64,000 nt of DNA from Macrostomum lignano (taxonomy: Eukaryota), in assembly GCA_002269645.1 (NCBI GenBank), contig NIVC01000672.1, positions 1 through 64,000 on the forward strand, given 5' to 3'. A model generated the notes under the pieces. The model did not search any database. It was not told the DNA's origin and saw only the letters and a list, made by a program, of their open reading frames with translations. The first letter of the stretch is position 1, and each line of letters begins with the position of its first letter. A program made the translations under genes and the position numbers. Positions 58,291 through 64,000 of this stretch are shown piece after piece.

Positions 58291-59985
58291 ATGGATTCAA
58301 GACAGGGTAGATTGTCTAAGAGAAAAAGGCTGGGCTCCGCAAGTGCAACCGCACGCTCCTCAATGCAGCACGCCTCACCGATATCCTCGTACCTGACCCA
58401 GTTCGCTGCCGAATCGTCCATTCGATCGCTACGTCGGACGGTTCATTCAGACAGCGCCCTGCTGCGCGCGTTCTGGACCTGCTTTGTGCTGGCCTGCTTT
58501 GTGGGCATGACCTGCCACCTGACGCTGCTGACTCTGAACTTTGTCAAGGGCGACCTGGTTGTTGATCTGCACTTTGCTTCCAGCGCGAACCAGCCATTCC
58601 CCAGCGTGTCCTACTGCGACGGGACGCGCTTGAGTCAAAGCGCCCTCAGTTACCTGTCGGCCGGCCGAGTCCTCACTCCGGCCGAATTTTCTAGCCACGT
58701 TCGCAATCGCGTGCAGAAGTTCTATCTGAAGCATCCAAGCGCTGACAGAGGCTTCCTGCTGCTCATCGAGAGCTTCAGAAACTACATAGCCACTGTGCTG
58801 GGAACCCTGTCGCGGGCCAATAGAAGTTTGCACGAAGTCTCCAGTCTGGGAGCAAGCATCGGGGCGCCCATCATTCGCATGCTGCAGGTGACAGGAAGAG
58901 TGATCTGGCTGGTGCCCAGCGATTACACTCTCGTGCCATTCCACCATCCAGACTACCTAAGCTGCTACACAGTGACTTTGCCAGCCGCAATGTCCAAGCT
59001 CACCCAGTCAATTGTTCTGGTGATTCCGACCGCTCCGGTCGCAGCAAACGCCACCAACTCGTCAACTGACAATCATTTTTCAACTGGATTCCCCATCGAC
59101 GGTCTCACTTCCACCAATGGCTTTGTTTTCGACCTGCACAGCGAGTTAGAGGTGCCCTTTACCCACAACAGACTGCTACTGCCAAGCAACTACTACAACC
59201 AGGTGAAGTTCACTCAGAGTAGGCTGCAAAGGCTGAAGTGCAACAGCCTGTCTGGATGGTCGACAGAGTACCGCGTAGACAACGGAACGGTGCGGCACCG
59301 GCACTTTAAGTACACAAAAGAGATGTGCATAGTGCAGGCGATTCGCAAAGAAGTGCATCGGCGATGCAACTGCACTCTCGACATCGGCCTGTTGAACCTG
59401 ACGGACCGCACGATGCGATGCAACGCTTTCACACCAGACGACTCAGTTGAAGCTTTCTCCAAAAGGGACTTCTGCGTTGACGACGTCCTGAGCTCGTCTC
59501 AGGTCTACGATGAAAACTGCGAGAGCTCCTGCCGAGAGTTCTGGTTCCCGGCCACGGTCTCGGGTGCCAGCTACGTCCCCATGAATGATCTCCAGCGCTG
59601 CGTGATGGAGCAGGCCATCTACGAGGTCAACTACCAGGGCGCCGGGATCTCGGATGTCGAAGCCGCCCTGCTGACCAACGCCAGCTCGAAGAGTTCAGCA
59701 GACAAGCTTTGCTCCAACGTCTCTCGACCACGGGCCTTCATGGCCGAGCTAAGCAGAAACCCCTTCATGCTGCAGAGCTTTCGCCAGACTCCAATCACCA
59801 CTCCGGCGGTCTTCCTGTGCCAGGTGGGCAGCATCTGCGGCATCTGGTGCGGGCTGTCAATCGCGATCATCGCCGAGCTGGTCGACCTGTTGTACAGGCT
59901 GGCGGGCTCCCGGCGGAAGGCGACTTGCTCCTCCGTGGGTTCGCTACCACTGACTGTGACGCAAGTGTCAAAAACAGTGGCGTAA
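58291..59985 (+). CDS. Intronless DEG/ENaC (amiloride-sensitive channel family) subunit, 564 aa
   Basis: TM1 RAFWTCFVLACFVGMTCHLTLL, post-TM1 FPSVSYC, Cys-rich ectodomain (YTKEMC...CNC, CESSC), TM2 FLCQVGSICGIWCGLSIAIIAELVDLL with GxS filter. Confidence 0.85.
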   Translation: MDSRQGRLSKRKRLGSASATARSSMQHASPISSYLTQFAAESSIRSLRRTVHSDSALLRAFWTCFVLACFVGMTCHLTLLTLNFVKGDLVVDLHFASSANQPFPSVSYCDGTRLSQSALSYLSAGRVLTPAEFSSHVRNRVQKFYLKHPSADRGFLLLIESFRNYIATVLGTLSRANRSLHEVSSLGASIGAPIIRMLQVTGRVIWLVPSDYTLVPFHHPDYLSCYTVTLPAAMSKLTQSIVLVIPTAPVAANATNSSTDNHFSTGFPIDGLTSTNGFVFDLHSELEVPFTHNRLLLPSNYYNQVKFTQSRLQRLKCNSLSGWSTEYRVDNGTVRHRHFKYTKEMCIVQAIRKEVHRRCNCTLDIGLLNLTDRTMRCNAFTPDDSVEAFSKRDFCVDDVLSSSQVYDENCESSCREFWFPATVSGASYVPMNDLQRCVMEQAIYEVNYQGAGISDVEAALLTNASSKSSADKLCSNVSRPRAFMAELSRNPFMLQSFRQTPITTPAVFLCQVGSICGIWCGLSIAIIAELVDLLYRLAGSRRKATCSSVGSLPLTVTQVSKTVA

Positions 59986-60513
59986 TATCTTTGTTAAAGA
60001 TATTGACTAGCTTTTCCAGGGTCTCGAATAGTAAATAAACCTTATTTCTAAAAGCTCAGGCAGTTAAACCACTAAGAGCAATTTTGTTTCCGAATTCCTT
60101 AGATTAACCTACGGTAGACTGTTCCGTACTTTGAGACGTCTGAATTTTTTGGTAATGATTGGAGCCTTACTGTCCCAGACAGCACTGGATTAGGGCAGTA
60201 TAATCGTTCTGCCAAGGACAACAATGAACCATTTTTTGTATATTTTGCATACTTATATATTTAGCAAAGGCTATCTGCACCAAAAAGAACAAAGATTTTT
60301 AATAAGCAATTTTTTCGGTTGTCACTTTTATGCTTGAAATACCATTGCAAAACAACACTCATGCAAGTTCCATTAAGATGCTAATTGGTGCTAGTGCTAA
60401 AAAGGCACCGATCATTGATTATTGGTTTAATCTATCAGGTAACGAATAAAATTCGAAGTTGTGTGCAGCTGCACCATCGGTTCATGAAAATCCGAGGAGA
60501 ACCAATGACAGCA

Positions 60514-61734
60514 TTAAATCCTTTCCTGTAGCTGCTGCACCTGCTGCTGGAGCTGCTGCACCTGCTGCTGCAGCTGCTCGACGCTCCTCGTCCGCTCGTC
60601 CAGTCCGCTCAGCAGGGTCCGCAGCTGCGAGACGCCTCCGAACCTGTCAGCCAGCTGCTCGAGCTCCATGGTGCTGTGAGCCCAGTTCGCCACGTTGACC
60701 TGCAGCTTCTTGAACTGCTCGAAGACGCTGCCGACTCGCCGCTTCACGTTGATGACTTCATGAGCATCGGTGGACGCTGTGGGACCGACGAAGGACTGCG
60801 GGGCAGCAGCTGTTATAAAAGAGAAAATTATATTTTATCAAGAATGAAAGCATCTGATACTGGCAGCTTCTCCTGGATGATCATTTTACTGATTTCGACG
60901 ATATTTCTTACCAGGACTCTGTTGAGCTATCGCTGCCTGCTTGAGTTTCGAGTCCATGAGCTCAAGATGAGAGTCCACGCTCTCCTTGTAGTGCCTCTCC
61001 AGGTCGGACCTGCGCACCATCGCCCTGCAGCCCAGGTGAGAGTACTTGCACTCTACCGGTCTCTCGGGACACTCCGACAGGTGAGCAACGTATCCCCGCC
61101 TGTCCATCTTCCTGCTTCTGTAGCTACAGTGAGGGCAGTAGGCTAAGAACAATGGACAGCACACATCGGACTGCAGATTCCTGTGACTGGTCTCCATCTC
61201 GCTGTGTGTGACTAGCTGAGAGCACAGGTCGCAGGTCTCCTTCCTGTGGCGACACTCGCTGCTGGTGTGTCGCTGCATGTCCTTCTTCAGGATGAGCTCT
61301 TTGCACTGCTCACAGCGGAGTGAGTGCCAGTCGCAGCTCTGTTGCACATGCTGGTCCATGCGAGCCCATTCGAGTTGGACAGAGCAGCCGGCGTCGCAGT
61401 TCGGACAGCGGACTCGCAGCTTGGCGACCTCGCGTCTCGTCGCCATGTCGGGAAAGCAGGTAGCCTGGCTCACCTCGACCTCGCCGCCGCTGCCACCGCC
61501 GCCAGCGTCCTCCTCCGAGTGGTGGTCTCTGAGTGTGCAGGCCTCGGTGTGTCCGGGACAGGGCCGCTTCTCCACCTCGTGCAGCAGGCCGGTGACGCAG
61601 GCCTGGCACAGGCGGCACCCGTGCGGAGTCTGTCGGGCGTTGAAGAGCGGCTTGGAGCAGCTGCTGCACTGCAGGTGAGCCGGCAGATCAGAGACCGGCC
61701 TCGCTGCCGACACAATTGAAGGCAGCTCGGACAT
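60514..61734 (-). CDS. TRAF-like copy E, 372 aa
   Basis: Exons 61734-60912 and 60809-60514 splice in frame (823+296 nt); same domains; variant finger CCPLFLAYCPHCSYRSRKMD. Confidence 0.85.
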
Positions 61735-62719
61735 GGCTGAACTGGAAGCAGAGAAGTTTGTTAACTTGATAATTGAATTGTTAGCATGGACCCGTCAATC
61801 TAAATATATACAGAATTTTAGTTGTGGGGTGAGTGAAATAGAGTGAGACTTTGCCTTCATTTTGCAAGGTGCATCCGGTACGTATTCTCTATTTTGCCTT
61901 AATGCACAATTGTGCAATGAAAGCAAAGAAGAGCGTAGATCGGAATGACGGCAGTGAACAAAAATAGAGGGAAAGATAACAATGTACTTGCCAAGGACAA
62001 CTGAAGTTACGTTATATATATACGTTATATATATATATATATACTACTTAAGTTGTCCTTGGTACTTGCTTGCTTACCCAGGATTGCCGCCATTTGCTTT
62101 CACCACTGGTTGCCAAATTAATTAGTTGTACCGTGTACAATGCTTTGTACACTCTTCCTTCTGGGGTGGGAAAGATTTCTTAGTAGCTCACCGCACACTT
62201 GAATAGACTGAGTTGTACCTTGTGCGTTCAGTCCTATTTGGTTTCCGTTTTAGTTGCTTTTCTCTACAGTATATCTTGGGCATGACGCATGCAGACGACC
62301 ACTTGTGATGCGAGCAGTACTACCGCATTAGTTTAGTGCGTGTTTTATACCTGATCGCCTTCAATGAGTAAGTAGCTGATGCCTAATGACGTAGTTATGT
62401 GGTACCTAAATTAGTGATTTGGAATCCAACACTTCTACTAAATGCGGAGCTAAAGCGCAAATTTCTGAAGTTTTCTTAACTGAATTGCGTATGTAAAATT
62501 ACTGAAGTAGCAGAAAATAGAATCAAAGACAGCCGTAAAGTTTGTCCCAAACTCCTCATTTTTGCTGAAACTGATTTTTGCGGACTGTCTTTGTCGAGAA
62601 TTTCAGTGCATTTAAAGTTTTCCATATTATAACTATGCTCAGGTTGCGTTCACAACAACAGCAAACAGAATAAGCTTTCCGGTCTTAATAAAGCAGCGTC
62701 ACAAGATGCGTCTCTGAGC

Positions 62720-63040
62720 AAACCTGAGTCTGGGACGCCGGCGTCATCCAGCAGGCAGTCGACAAAACTCTGAGTGCCTGCCTGTTCCCGCCGGTAGGGT
62801 GCCTACAGTGTCAGCAGCAGCAGCTCTTGCATCGGCTGCAGGCAGTGAGACTGGGCGCAGATGATGTGTCGGCGTAGCGATTGGGTGCCGCATTGTTGAC
62901 TCGCTCGTCGCTGGTCTTGAAGCGCGCCACGTTAACATGCTGTTCGAGCGAGTCCGTCAGCTTTCCAGTCTCGACATTGTAAAGCAAGACGGTCTCAAAA
63001 GCTGCCTGTGACGTCGACTCCCTGACGTACTAAGCTTAGT
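62720..63040 (-). mobile_element. Degenerate RTE-type fragment
   Basis: AAFETVLLYNVET-W motif as in the 8590-9160 fragment; frames broken. Confidence 0.55.
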
Positions 63041-63438
63041 CGTACTTGATATTTCAAAGTAATTTTCTGAATTCCTTTTTTTCTAGTAAAAATCCGAACC
63101 AGCTGAGCTTTTTAGCAAATTTTATAATGTAACTCTGTACAGTGGATGGAATGGAGTACAGTAGTATAATCATTTGTTCATAAAAAGCGCGAAAAAGTCA
63201 ACGAAGCAGTATAGTTGGGCAAATACTCGTATGTTAAATATTTAACACAACCTCGATAAAGTATATGCGTTTGCTCGTGACCCCTGGAAGGTTTTGACAT
63301 TTTCGTCAAAAGTGGTCCCTCTTCGGGTGTCTGTATAAAATCTATTTTCTATACTATTGAGCAATGAGATTACTAATACTGCTGAGAGCAGATTTTAAAT
63401 CTGAGTAATACGCCACAGACACTGAGTTCCGAGTTCAT

Positions 63439-64000
63439 TCAGACGCGCTCTGGCACTGCAAGCAGCTCCAGCAGCTGCGAGTCCGGATGCGGCAGGGGGC
63501 AGGCGGACAGACCCGGACGGTCAGACCTGCAGCTCCAGCTCTTTTCCGCGGCGCAGTCTATGGCAATTCTGCCGTTGACTTCGCACTCAAGCCACTGGCC
63601 AGTCTGGAATTTTAGCCGCAGGCCGAACTGGGCTAACCAGTGCCAGAAGTTGAGGTCCAGCTGCCTCTGCAGACTCTGGCCGGCTGCGATTCTGCATCCC
63701 GTCAGCTGGTGGCACGGCGACCTGGCGCCCCAGTCTTCTTCATCCAGGACCCACGCGACAACTCGAGTAACGGCCTCTGGCGTCGCGTTCTTTATCTTGA
63801 GCTGCATCTGCACGGGCAGGCACGAGCCCTCGGTGCCCCCCTGCATAGGCCACTGGCTGGGCAGGTACGGCTCCACCAGGATCTCGAAGCTCTCGTGCCA
63901 ACCAGCGGCTGTGCAGTCTCCGATCCACTTTAGGTACGGCTTCTTTCTGAGGAAGAGCTCCGTCTTGCTCTTCGCATCCCGGCTGTCGGATGTGCTTCCA
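63439..64000 (-). CDS. 3' end of an unidentified protein-coding sequence, open to the window edge
   Basis: Frame stays open from the window edge to TGA at 63439-63441 (GSTSDSRDAKSKTELFLRKKPYLKWIGDC...LLAVPERV), with the GC3-rich codon usage of local exons. No family recognised. Confidence 0.5.
   Translation of the reverse strand, partial: GSTSDSRDAKSKTELFLRKKPYLKWIGDCTAAGWHESFEILVEPYLPSQWPMQGGTEGSCLPVQMQLKIKNATPEAVTRVVAWVLDEEDWGARSPCHQLTGCRIAAGQSLQRQLDLNFWHWLAQFGLRLKFQTGQWLECEVNGRIAIDCAAEKSWSCRSDRPGLSACPLPHPDSQLLELLAVPERV

Noticed and set aside
60795-60812. Frameshift at the start of TRAF-E exon 2
   Set aside because: Recounting gives AG|CT GCT GCC CCG CAG, in frame with the phase-1 donor; copy E is intact.
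63439-64000. The missing MATH/TRAF-C exon of the TRAF-like genes
   Set aside because: It lies upstream of copy E on the minus strand and lacks MATH motifs such as FYT...GYK, HLSLF and WPF.

Overview
Eukaryotic (metazoan) genomic DNA with GC-rich exons, canonical GT-AG introns that are often filled by minisatellites, and many transposons. A flatworm-type NPY/F gene and RTE fragments with LRRRRLQLAGHVI suggest a free-living flatworm such as Macrostomum (inference). Left to right: a TIR-bounded P-element-like (THAP-DDE) transposon; two MITEs; an intronless TRPV-like channel gene with one frameshift; a HOOK gene with an antisense NPY/F (RPRYamide) neuropeptide gene nested in an intron; two tandem full-length P5CS (ALDH18A1) genes, the second with a Gypsy LTR element in intron 2; a cluster of five TRAF-like genes (RING, zinc fingers, coiled coil, no TRAF-C/MATH domain) with an intronless DEG/ENaC gene among them; SINE/RTE remnants. 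Main finding: a full-length, apparently intact single-ORF Ingi-like LINE (APE-RT-RNase H) sits in the last exon of TRAF-like copy B, in frame, predicting a 1786-aa TRAF-LINE fusion. The first 55 nt of the element fold by hand into an HDV/CPEB3-like self-cleaving ribozyme, and the junction peptide ends in a ubiquitin C-terminal mimic (LLSVMRLRGG). Together these could separate the element from its host at both RNA and protein level. All structures, exon boundaries and alignments were read by eye; no searches were run.
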